Positions 31,766 to 40,669 of a DNA stretch of 64,000 nucleotides are shown piece by piece (the first letter of the stretch is position 1; every line of letters starts with the position of its first letter). Below the pieces are notes generated by a model that saw only the letters and a list, made by a program, of their open reading frames with translations, did not search any database and was not told where the DNA came from. The position numbers and the translations under genes were made by a program. The DNA comes from Obrimoposthia wandeli. Lineage: Eukaryota. The stretch covers positions 1 through 64,000 of the forward strand of contig CDROCS010001004.1 in the NCBI GenBank assembly GCA_977020255.1, read 5' to 3'.

Positions 31766-31791
31766 ACTTGATATAAGTTTTTAAGCATCAA

Positions 31792-31895
31792 TAAACATCT
31801 CCGGGGCAAGCCCTCTCACTTCGTTCGACTTCACTGTGTGAAGCGGGGTATCGTTGTTACTAATATTCGCCCCAAGGGGCTGGGAATTAACCCTC
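31792..31895. repeat. Hairpin-rich element resembling IS200/IS605-type ends
   Basis: CCGGGGCAAGCCC, CTTCAC-TGT-GTGAAG and GCCCCAAGGGGC hairpins in an AT-rich background. Confidence 0.35.
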
Positions 31896-31913
31896 TGATG
31901 ATTTAGGCTCCGC

Positions 31914-32288
31914 CTAATTCATCTCTATTAAAAGTAATATAAAACAAAACACAACTACGATTATAGGTAATATTAAATATAACCCGACATAAGCAATTAC
32001 TTTATTGTCAGCTTTATAGCGCAGAACACGTTCATATATACTTTTAATGAACGGGAAGTCAAACAGTGAGAGTCCGACTAGACCAAGAACAACACCAAGC
32101 TCTAACAGTATTATGTACCAATACGTATCTGGGTCATTTGATAAATCAGCTTCCAAATAACCTCCACTGTACGATCCAATTAAAAATGCAGTCCCTGATA
32201 CTAAACCGATCGCTGGCATTATGACAAAGAGCAATGCAACACTCATTGCAGCTCTATCGTATTGCTTTCTAACTTTGACAAGTCTCAT
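31914..32288 (-). CDS. Hypothetical membrane protein
   Basis: Three hydrophobic segments; ATG 32288 preferred over the track start. Confidence 0.55.
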   Translation of the reverse strand: MRLVKVRKQYDRAAMSVALLFVIMPAIGLVSGTAFLIGSYSGGYLEADLSNDPDTYWYIILLELGVVLGLVGLSLFDFPFIKSIYERVLRYKADNKVIAYVGLYLILPIIVVVFCFILLLIEMN

Positions 32289-32355
32289 AACATTCCAATC
32301 AATAAAACGGTATAAACAGATAAATTTAAACTTATAATGGGCTTTAATCAGTTCC

Positions 32356-32385
32356 GATGCTGGCATATGGCACGACACTGCAGTG
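32356..32385 (+). repeat. 30-bp palindromic site (weaker)
   Basis: GATGCTGGCAT-ATGGCACG-ACACTGCAGTG. Confidence 0.35.
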
Positions 32386-32666
32386 CAAGCTGCAGTTTAG
32401 TCAGTCATCAAAAAGTAAAAAAAAAATATTGCGAGAGTATATGCAATCCCAGTTTGAAAATGAATACAGTGACCGCTACTACTCCAATATTTCACATGCT
32501 ATTTACTTAGCAATTTAGCTGGTAGCTTCTAGCACCCAGCTTTCATTTCCAGCTATGACAAAGTAGCAAGCCAGCCCCTTATCATTTCAATCAAAATTGA
32601 TTTAACTGCAATGTATTAAGGCGTCGCTCCGTTAGCTTTGTTTATGCGTAGGCATAGCTGGTAGCT

Positions 32667-33056
32667 TCAGCAATTTTTCAGTTTATTTGCATCATTAATT
32701 GCAGTTTTATTTGAAGTCACAAAGTAAAATTTTTCTTTACCACGTACTAAAGAAAAATCACTCACGCTGATGTTACTACCTGATAAAGATAAGCTGAAAT
32801 AAGTAAATTCTTGCTGCACGATGCTCGGCATAATACTATACCCACCTTCTGGCTTTTGGATATAAAAAGTTATTGTTTGACTAGGGTGTGATTTATTATT
32901 GTCGTACTGGGCAAGAAAAAAATAATCGATACGACCGTCACCATTTAAATCAGCACTGTTCACGCCTTGCTTCATTTCAATTAGATCAACAGCAAATACT
33001 CTAAATGAGGCGCAAAGCAAAGCTGCCAGAAATAGCCGTTTAGAATGAGTAATCAT
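32667..33056 (-). CDS. CarG/CpmJ-like exported protein, probably C-terminally truncated
   Basis: Signal peptide followed by GVNSADLNGDG.IDY....YDNNKSHP..TITFY; only 129 aa. Confidence 0.55.
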   Translation of the reverse strand: MITHSKRLFLAALLCASFRVFAVDLIEMKQGVNSADLNGDGRIDYFFLAQYDNNKSHPSQTITFYIQKPEGGYSIMPSIVQQEFTYFSLSLSGSNISVSDFSLVRGKEKFYFVTSNKTAINDANKLKNC

Positions 33057-33112
33057 ATATTTTCTCGTATGTGTATATAAAGTGCACGTCAAAACCAACT
33101 TACAAATAATTA

Positions 33113-33568
33113 TCACAGCGCAGTCAGCAAGTATTTTAACCTAGGTAACATCCTCTTTTGGGGCACGCTGTAAACTTCCTCAACTAAAACCGCCCCTTTT
33201 TTCAAATAGAAACCGACTGCATCGGGGTCAGATATTATAAAAAACTCATTTATAGCTAGAGAGGCACATTCTCTTAATATCTGCTCGAAAGTAGTATTCC
33301 CATTTCCCAACCCAATCGCTTCTGGCAACAGCCAAAGGTGATCTAACTCATTGATATCACCTCTGGTTAACGCATAAAAACCGATAACCTTCGAATCCTT
33401 AGCAACTAATTTTACGGTATTGTTTGCAATATACTCACTCTCAAAATTGAGATCAGATCGCCAAATATTTAATTGTTCAGGTGAGTATCCCCAATAGCTT
33501 TTAGATTCAAGCAAAATTTCTCGAAGTAGGACATTTTGACTTGGCTGGGCTTCTATAAATTCAAGCAC
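33113..33568 (-). CDS. GNAT-family acetyltransferase
   Basis: SKSYWGY, VIGFY, LDHLW..P.AIGLGNG and DPDAVGFY motifs. Confidence 0.85.
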   Translation of the reverse strand: MLEFIEAQPSQNVLLREILLESKSYWGYSPEQLNIWRSDLNFESEYIANNTVKLVAKDSKVIGFYALTRGDINELDHLWLLPEAIGLGNGNTTFEQILRECASLAINEFFIISDPDAVGFYLKKGAVLVEEVYSVPQKRMLPRLKYLLTAL

Positions 33569-33609
33569 ATTATTAACCTATGATCTTGGTCTTTCAGTCG
33601 GGGTATAGT

Positions 33610-34143
33610 TTAGCTATTAACTGCTGGTAAACCAATGTTCATAGCACCTAAGTAATCGCGCTTACTGAGTGGAACGCCGGCAACTCGCAAGATGTTGTAT
33701 AGCGTAGCGGCGTGAAAATATAAGTTAGGTAACGAAAATGACTGCACAAAACGCTCAGCGCTAAAAGGCACTTCCATATCCCCTTTACGAAAATACATCG
33801 CATTGCCATATAGAGAATTAATACTCTGTGCACTTATGTCATTTATTTCCTTCAAAGTAAGCTCTAAAAAGTCCACCAACTCTAGATAACTCATTTCAGG
33901 CAACGGCGTCGGAGCGGTAAACTCACCTTTCAATAACCCATGTATCGCACCTAACGAATGATGTTTGACGGAATTAACTTGAAATGGTAATGCCGCCATA
34001 TCATCCGTAAGGCGCATTTCAAGCATTTCATTTATATCTAAACCCTGCTCTTCAAAATGGCTAATACCTTGCTTCATTGTATTAATAGCCCCTACTAAAA
34101 CTTGCTTATAAGTACCCACGCTTAATTCATATAAACTAATCAT
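33610..34143 (-). CDS. DUF1993-family protein
   Basis: RL..DM.ALPFQV and SLPNLYFHAATLY.ILR..GVPLSKRDYLG motifs. Confidence 0.85.
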   Translation of the reverse strand: MISLYELSVGTYKQVLVGAINTMKQGISHFEEQGLDINEMLEMRLTDDMAALPFQVNSVKHHSLGAIHGLLKGEFTAPTPLPEMSYLELVDFLELTLKEINDISAQSINSLYGNAMYFRKGDMEVPFSAERFVQSFSLPNLYFHAATLYNILRVAGVPLSKRDYLGAMNIGLPAVNS

Positions 34144-34233
34144 GATCTTTCCCCTGTTTTAAATTAAACAAATCAAATTATTAAAACACACTACACAACT
34201 TAGGTCACAGCCGTAAAGCTAGAATTTTGCTTC

Positions 34234-34263
34234 AAAGGATGCTATTGGCCGTTATTTAGCTGC
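34234..34263 (+). repeat. 30-bp palindromic site (right arm degenerate, overlapped by an attC-like remnant to about 34300)
   Basis: AAAGGATGCTA-TTGGCCGT-TATTTAGCTGC; - strand reads ATGCAGCCGCCGCA...GCAGCTAA. Confidence 0.45.
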
Positions 34264-34313
34264 GTCAACATTCTGCGGCGGCTGCATATGTTTATATGCC
34301 TTGATAACTCAAA

Positions 34314-34805
34314 TCACAGATTACAATGTCCATCTTTGGTTTCCTTGAACAACCAAACCATACGATCAACAAACCAAGCCTTAAATACCATGATCCATAA
34401 ATTACCTAACACTACGGCCCAAATGTTTAAACTGTATAAGCCATAAATAAATACAGGAAGACCTAGAGCAGACATAAGTTGAAGTAGCATTGTAGGTAAT
34501 ACATGATGCTGTGGTATTGGATTAACTTTACGATTTAAATAAATACGCTCACCGAAAGTGCCCATTGATGCCCAGTTGTCAGTTTGGCTTGGCATCCCAA
34601 ACATTCTCGGGTTTATCCAAATCCAAATAAAAGATAACAATATAGGGATCAATGAGTAATCTCCCAGCCATTGTCTAGACCAAAAAGCCAATGACATTAA
34701 AGGCAGGATTGAAAACCGTGTATAAACACTCCATGGATTAGAGTGCCTTTGCCAACTTTCATCATCCATTAACATTAATTTTTCAGTTAGCTTTGTGATG
34801 TCCAT
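34314..34805 (-). CDS. Membrane protein, DUF6653-like
   Basis: MDDESWQRHSNPWSVYTRF, NWAS..TFGER and K.WFVDRMVW motifs. Confidence 0.7.
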   Translation of the reverse strand: MDITKLTEKLMLMDDESWQRHSNPWSVYTRFSILPLMSLAFWSRQWLGDYSLIPILLSFIWIWINPRMFGMPSQTDNWASMGTFGERIYLNRKVNPIPQHHVLPTMLLQLMSALGLPVFIYGLYSLNIWAVVLGNLWIMVFKAWFVDRMVWLFKETKDGHCNL

Positions 34806-34855
34806 ATATCTCCCTTCATCATTAGAGCATTAAGTGGTGCAACGCTAATATTTTG

Positions 34856-35308
34856 TTATGAGCGCACTATAAAGTGCTTCATTTCAATTAGTTGATGCCC
34901 GCCCATTGCTTCAACTTCTCGAATGTATTCAAAGCCAAAGTGTTCATAATAACTGTGCAGATACTCATGGGCATGAATCTCTATTGAAGTTATTCCGATT
35001 TCACGAATATACGCCATTAACGCTTTAAACATTTTTGAAGAGACACCCGAACCTCTATACTCTTTAATCACAGCGACTCTAGCCATTATTGAAGCACCGT
35101 TTTCATTCACGGTTAACCTAGCAGTAGCCACCAATGCTTCGTTATCCATTATCCTTTTCATCTGATATTCATCAAAAGCGCAAGCGACCTAGTTATTAAG
35201 ACTGGCTTACTATCTAAATTCAATATTTTGCTCAACTGTAAAGACTTGAAAACGGATAGCTTGAGCCTTTTTAATAATTTCAGAACTGTTTCCAATTGTA
35301 ATTTCCAT
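34856..35308 (-). pseudogene. ElaA/YjcF-like GNAT interrupted by in-frame stops
   Basis: MEITIG...IRFQVFTVEQNI (ATG 35308) is in frame with VATARL...RVAV..EYRGSG but separated by TAG TAA and TAG. Confidence 0.7.
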
Positions 35309-35396
35309 ACTCAATTTTCCCTCTAGAACACAGACATCATAATTCTCTCTAGACGTTGACTTCAAACTCGCGGATTAGCCTAACTAGAACTGTAAA

Positions 35397-35795
35397 TCAG
35401 CTTTTACCTTTATCAATAAAAAAACGATTAACTAGCATTACATGAAAATATGGGATACAAGCCACCAATCCAAAAGAAAATGCAGAAAAAGGTATGCTAG
35501 GTGAGAGACGTTTTAATCCATTACCATCAACAACTAACACCACTATCCCCACAATAGTAATGACTAAGCCAATATGTGACAAATAAATAAACCTATTTCC
35601 TATATTATGACCACTATCTAAAATCGTTTTAATAACAATATAGATAAGTGAAATCATGCTTAAGATAGACATTACTAGAGTAAAAGAATGGGCAGGCCCC
35701 GAGACTACTAGTAAAAGCAATGATAAAAACAACAAAAAAACTGTCGGTATTATTTCGATACCGAGTAATATTTTATTTAACAATGATATTTTCAT
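35397..35795 (-). CDS. Hypothetical membrane protein
   Basis: 132 aa, four hydrophobic segments. Confidence 0.55.
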   Translation of the reverse strand: MKISLLNKILLGIEIIPTVFLLFLSLLLLVVSGPAHSFTLVMSILSMISLIYIVIKTILDSGHNIGNRFIYLSHIGLVITIVGIVVLVVDGNGLKRLSPSIPFSAFSFGLVACIPYFHVMLVNRFFIDKGKS

Positions 35796-35920
35796 TATAT
35801 AATTGGCTCGTTACCTACCTTCGTGAACCTCCAGTAGGGTATTTAATTTTAACTGCCTGTACTACTACTAGCTCTAACTTTTACCTTATTGCACGAAATC
35901 AGAAACTAGCAACCGCACAC

Positions 35921-37111
35921 TCAAAAATCACCTACATAATTGGCGCGTTTTTGGAAATTAATCAGCACCACTAAAATAATAGAACCTAACAACATCACTG
36001 CGCCAGATAAGTATAAGCCAACATTATAATTGCCATAATTCTCAGCCAAAATACCAGTACAAATAGGCGCAACAATTTGTGATACACCATAAGCTAATGT
36101 CATTTTCCCCATAAACTTAGCGGGGTTGCTGGGATAAAACTGCCCTGCCATCGTCAATACTAAGCTAACGCAAGCGACAAAAGTTCCGCCAAATAATACC
36201 GCACTTAACATGATTACCGCTAAATGATCACTTAAGCTCGGCAACACAATACCCACAATTTGTAAGCAGTAAGCAAAAAATAAACTCTTTAAAAAGCCTA
36301 TTCTTCTAGCGATTAAATCCCACACTATCACCGCAGGTATTGCAGCCATGCCAACAATGACAAAGATAAGCTGCCCCTTACCTTCTAACGCTGGTAGACC
36401 TTCTACAATATCAACGATAAAGGTAGCGCTTACAACATAGCCATAGCCTGCACAAAAATAGGCCGCCAGTAATAATAAAGTGAACTGCTTGCCCGGTGGA
36501 TTATCTTTTATGACACTTGAGTGCGGCGATTTTATATTGAGATCAGGATGTGGCATCCACTGCCAAGCAGGTATACTAAATAACAGTGCCAATGCCGCAA
36601 AAGTAAGCCATTGGTATTGCCAATTAACGCCACAAAAGGTGAGTAACTCCACCAACAAGGCTGCAAACATTATACTGATACCAATGCCTGAAAAGTGGAT
36701 ACCCAGTTCAGGGCGATGTTTGTTATGAACTAACCATTTTAGAATTAAGCCGGACGCTAAAATAAGCCCAGCTGAAGCGCAAACCCCTGCTACAAACCGC
36801 AGCATAGACCAAATAAGGATATCCGTGGTAAGCATCATGCCCGCGGTACTGAGCACGCCAAATATTAAGTAAATACGATACAAAATAAATTTATAGTTGA
36901 GGTTGTTTAGGTTCGATGCCAGCAGCACACCTGCCATATACCCTAAATAATTTGAGGTTGCTAACCAGCCGCCGACACTTTCGCTAATACCAGCTTGTTC
37001 CTGCATGATTGGCAATAACGATGTATAGGAAAAACGCGCGACACCGACGGTCACAATCAAGCTACAAATTCCCGCTAAGTAAACTTTTGCTCTTGATAAT
37101 TTATCTTGCAT
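35921..37111 (-). CDS. YbfB/YjiJ-family MFS transporter
   Basis: GVARFSYTSLLP.M, SNYLGY and GYGY motifs; ATG 37111 lies just after an attC-like 3' end (GCTAAATTTGGCGTTA, 37124-37140). Confidence 0.85.
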   Translation of the reverse strand: MQDKLSRAKVYLAGICSLIVTVGVARFSYTSLLPIMQEQAGISESVGGWLATSNYLGYMAGVLLASNLNNLNYKFILYRIYLIFGVLSTAGMMLTTDILIWSMLRFVAGVCASAGLILASGLILKWLVHNKHRPELGIHFSGIGISIMFAALLVELLTFCGVNWQYQWLTFAALALLFSIPAWQWMPHPDLNIKSPHSSVIKDNPPGKQFTLLLLAAYFCAGYGYVVSATFIVDIVEGLPALEGKGQLIFVIVGMAAIPAVIVWDLIARRIGFLKSLFFAYCLQIVGIVLPSLSDHLAVIMLSAVLFGGTFVACVSLVLTMAGQFYPSNPAKFMGKMTLAYGVSQIVAPICTGILAENYGNYNVGLYLSGAVMLLGSIILVVLINFQKRANYVGDF

Positions 37112-37280
37112 CAACCTACCTGTTAACGCCAAATTTAGCGCTGATTATTAACCTAAAATATTGATTATTTTAATAATAACAGTTTTACGCAATAAATTAT
37201 AAAATGTTTATCTATAGGTCTATTCTATCTAGAACACAAATAGATTATAAATGAATGAAAGATATCAAAAACGACTAATA

Positions 37281-38504
37281 TTATTTTTCACCATGATAAA
37301 GAGAATCTACAGCAGAGTTTTTATTTAATGCTACTGCAGGAGCATCGAACAGATTCTTTGCCAAATAGTGATGAAAATCGACTAGCACTTGCTCCATTTC
37401 AACCAGCGTTCCACCTGTATTACAACGACTCAGTGCCGCTTGTTGTAAGCGCTCACAAATGGCTTTGTCTTCAGCAAAAAAAGCTTGAGTAAAAGCTGCT
37501 TCTTTACGGCTTTCTTCACCCATGTTTTTAACCGATAAGTAACCGGCATTGACCGTGCTGTTTTCACTATCTAGTGGATTTAGATTTATCCAACTCAGTG
37601 ATTCATAATTTAATACCATCACGATTGAAGGGGGCAGGCAGATCAGTAAATAATATTGCCACACTTTAGGTGACCCACTAAGCCATAGCTTGTCTAAAGT
37701 ACCTAAGGTGAGCGCTCCACCTGTTAAACTAAAGCTAGAGTTTCCTGCCACGTAATAAGCTTTCTTAGACGGGCTGATTTTCTCTAATGTTTGAGGATGC
37801 ACTTTAAATAGGTGGTAGCTTTCAGCGGCGTTTTCAAAAATGATCTTCCAATTTGCCTGCCAATTTTCTGCTGGGTTAATCGTGCTGTTATTAAAGCGCT
37901 CTGGCTCAAACACTTGTGCATAACTTTTAACGGTTTCACATTGCTGATTAAGCGGCACAGCTTGGCTATCAAGATTTACGAATACCAACCCTAGAAATAC
38001 TTCAACGGCAAATTGTAAAAGCGAGTGTTGTTCAGCATCTATGTTAACTTTGCCACACATCGGAGCACCTTTAAACTCTCCTTGTGCGTTATAGCTCCAC
38101 GCATGATAAGGACAACTTATGTTGCCTTTTAATTGGCCGAAACCTAAATCCAATAAAGGCGTTCCACGATGACGACAACTATTAGATAGCGCTCTAAGAG
38201 TACCCTCTTCATCGCGTATAACAGCAACCGGTTCTCCTGCTAAATCACAGGCAAAAAAACTGTTATTCTGAGTGAGTTTTTCAACAGGACAAGCAAACAA
38301 CCAACCGTTATCAAATAATTTTTCACGTTCTAAATGATAAATATTACTATCGATACAACTGCTTAAAGGCAGTGCACACGCGGGTTGTGATTGATCATTT
38401 AGCGTAGCTGATTCACAGCTTTTGTGCATTTGCTGTAAATGAGCAAGCTGCTGCTTTGCTGGAAAGAACATAATTAATCCTTCACTGTTTGCTTTAAAGG
38501 CCAA
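37281..38504 (-). CDS. Rieske non-heme iron oxygenase alpha subunit
   Basis: CRHRG...CPYHAW Rieske motif; NWK..FEN..ESYH...HP and EDKAICE catalytic motifs. Confidence 0.88.
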   Translation of the reverse strand: MAFKANSEGLIMFFPAKQQLAHLQQMHKSCESATLNDQSQPACALPLSSCIDSNIYHLEREKLFDNGWLFACPVEKLTQNNSFFACDLAGEPVAVIRDEEGTLRALSNSCRHRGTPLLDLGFGQLKGNISCPYHAWSYNAQGEFKGAPMCGKVNIDAEQHSLLQFAVEVFLGLVFVNLDSQAVPLNQQCETVKSYAQVFEPERFNNSTINPAENWQANWKIIFENAAESYHLFKVHPQTLEKISPSKKAYYVAGNSSFSLTGGALTLGTLDKLWLSGSPKVWQYYLLICLPPSIVMVLNYESLSWINLNPLDSENSTVNAGYLSVKNMGEESRKEAAFTQAFFAEDKAICERLQQAALSRCNTGGTLVEMEQVLVDFHHYLAKNLFDAPAVALNKNSAVDSLYHGEK

Positions 38505-38533
38505 TTTTCAAGCCTTGTTTTTAAACCTGATCT

Positions 38534-39415
38534 TTAAGCCTGATTTATAAGCCAGCCAGGCGGTTTGATGAGTACTAAACAACGCTGTTTTATGCCCTTG
38601 GCTTTGAGCAATTGTTTTACTAATCCGACAAAACCATGACAAAAAATAGTAATTGGATTTACCGAATTTAGTTCTGGATACACACCATACTTCACCTTTT
38701 GCTCTTCTTTGGCAAACGTACCAAACATACGATCCCAAATAATTAAAATCCCCGCATAGTTCTTATCTAAGTATTCGCGGTTTCTACCGTGATGCACACG
38801 ATGATGTGAAGGCGTATTAAATACCGCTTCTATTGGCGCTGGCAATTTTTTTACCAACTGAGTATGCAACATCGTTTGATAGAGCTGAACGATAGCTTCA
38901 CTTAAGAAAATAATCAGCGGATTAAACCCTAACATTACCAGCGGTAAATGGAAAAATATTGGCAGTAACCCATCTAATGGCCCAAAGCGATAAGCAACTG
39001 AGATATTAAATTCAGGCGAGCTGTGATGTACAGTATGTGTAGCCCAACCAATACCCGTTCGATGCATGAAACGATGTTCCCAATAGTAAACTAAATCAGC
39101 CAGTATTATGCACCCTGCTAACGTCCAACCGGTTAAGGGCAGCTGAGCTATACTAAAATGATAGTAAACGTAATAAAAAGAACTGACATAAAAAGTAAAC
39201 AACAATAAATAGCTCAATCCTAAAAAAGCGTAAAGCGTTATAAAGTTGCTAATGCTATCGGCTAGTAAACGCCAGCTCATTTGCTGGCGAAACACTACTA
39301 CAACCAGCTCAAGTACTAACAAACCCAGTGAAACAATGAACAGCCAATGATTCAACCAGTTTTCCCAAGCATAGAAAATTTCTTCATCTACTTGTGTCAA
39401 TACCGTCGATAACAT
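38534..39415 (-). CDS. Sterol desaturase / alkylglycerol-monooxygenase-like di-iron membrane enzyme
   Basis: YYWEHRFMH, H.VHHSS, HT and TPSHHRVHH histidine boxes; DKNYAGILIIWDRMFGTF. Confidence 0.85.
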   Translation of the reverse strand: MLSTVLTQVDEEIFYAWENWLNHWLFIVSLGLLVLELVVVVFRQQMSWRLLADSISNFITLYAFLGLSYLLLFTFYVSSFYYVYYHFSIAQLPLTGWTLAGCIILADLVYYWEHRFMHRTGIGWATHTVHHSSPEFNISVAYRFGPLDGLLPIFFHLPLVMLGFNPLIIFLSEAIVQLYQTMLHTQLVKKLPAPIEAVFNTPSHHRVHHGRNREYLDKNYAGILIIWDRMFGTFAKEEQKVKYGVYPELNSVNPITIFCHGFVGLVKQLLKAKGIKQRCLVLIKPPGWLINQA

Positions 39416-39433
39416 GAAATTTTACTCCGATAA

Positions 39434-40129
39434 TTATGGCTGATAGGCGACGTATGAACGAGCATTAACTACCACACCACTTTCATTGAGCTGGTAAATT
39501 TCCACCACTGCATGCAGTGCTCGTGCCTGCTCTAATTTTTTCCATGCATTGGTTAAATCGTTGACGCTATTTGTTGGTTGCGCTAACGTTTGGTAGGCTC
39601 CTTGCGGCATTGGCAAGGTTTTCAATTGTGCTTTTGTAAAATCTTGTTTGGCTAGCCCACAACTAATTAACAGTTTATTTTGCGCCACTTGTTGATATAC
39701 CAGATAGAAATTTAATTGCGCCCCTTGTTTAAACCCAGTAAAAAGATCTGCTGTATTAGTTAGCTCTGTCATTAAAGCGACTGCCGTGCTCTCGGCATTG
39801 GTAAAAGAACTACTTCTTGACAGCCCTAGCAAAGTTTTAGGTAAGTGCTGCTCTTTATCCGCTAAAAGCTTTCCATTGGCTGAAGGCAGTTCTTTAACTA
39901 AGGGCTTTTTTTCCGCTAAAGGCTTTTCTTCAACTAGAGGCTTCATTTGAGCTAAAAGCTCCTTTTTTGCTAAGGGCTCTTTTTTTACTAAGGGCTTCTT
40001 TTTAGCTAAAGGTCTTTTTACCTCTGTTGTTGGCTGCTCTGTCGGCTTAATCAGATTTTGCGCCCACACCACTGTCCATACTGAGCCGACAATCAAACCG
40101 GTAAACAGCATAGATTTCAACATATTCAT
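39434..40129 (-). CDS. Exported protein with a hexapeptide-repeat linker and GyrI-like C-terminal domain
   Basis: Signal/TM segment, seven PL[A/V]xxx units, P.G.Y...AW...EIY pattern. Confidence 0.5.
   Translation of the reverse strand: MNMLKSMLFTGLIVGSVWTVVWAQNLIKPTEQPTTEVKRPLAKKKPLVKKEPLAKKELLAQMKPLVEEKPLAEKKPLVKELPSANGKLLADKEQHLPKTLLGLSRSSSFTNAESTAVALMTELTNTADLFTGFKQGAQLNFYLVYQQVAQNKLLISCGLAKQDFTKAQLKTLPMPQGAYQTLAQPTNSVNDLTNAWKKLEQARALHAVVEIYQLNESGVVVNARSYVAYQP
39887..40012 (-). repeat. 18-bp coding tandem repeat (about 7 units)
   Basis: PLAKKK PLVKKE PLAKKE LLAQMK PLVEEK PLAEKK PLVKEL. Confidence 0.8.
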
Positions 40130-40477
40130 AATTTTTCCCGTATCACCGTTTTGTGATAATTGCTTAAGTGCATACCAACGCCTAACGTAATCTGCCGCTA
40201 TTGTTTAAGCCGTCATTTTCGTCAATATAAGGAAAAATTATTTTATTGTCAATTAAGACAATAAATCATTTATCAAACACGTTCACTGATTTATAGATAC
40301 GAGGACAGTTCACAATAGCTGCTGCTTTTAAGCTAAAACTAAATAGTGAATTGCTTAGCAATGCAAAAGCTCAGATAATGGCGTTAATTCTATCGTCGTT
40401 TGTCGCATGCCTTAGTACAGGCTCTGCTAATTAAATAATCGACATAACAAACTCAGTGCTATTAAAGAGAATATTTT

Positions 40478-40606
40478 ATGCCTAGTATTTCAAAAATGTT
40501 ACTTATTGCTTGTTTCACCTTTACCCTTGCTGGGTGCAGCACAATTGAAGGCATTGGTAAAGATTTAAAGAAAGGTGGGCAAGCAATTCAAGACGCTACT
40601 AAATAA
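40478..40606 (+). CDS. Entericidin A/B-family lipoprotein (42 aa)
   Basis: LAGC lipobox followed by STIEGIGKDLKKGGQAIQDA; below the ORF-track cutoff. Confidence 0.85.
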   Translation: MPSISKMLLIACFTFTLAGCSTIEGIGKDLKKGGQAIQDATK

Positions 40607-40669
40607 TGAACCGATCACTTACAAAAGCCATTTATTAATTTGAGAATTACCTAATAAGAGCGACCTATC

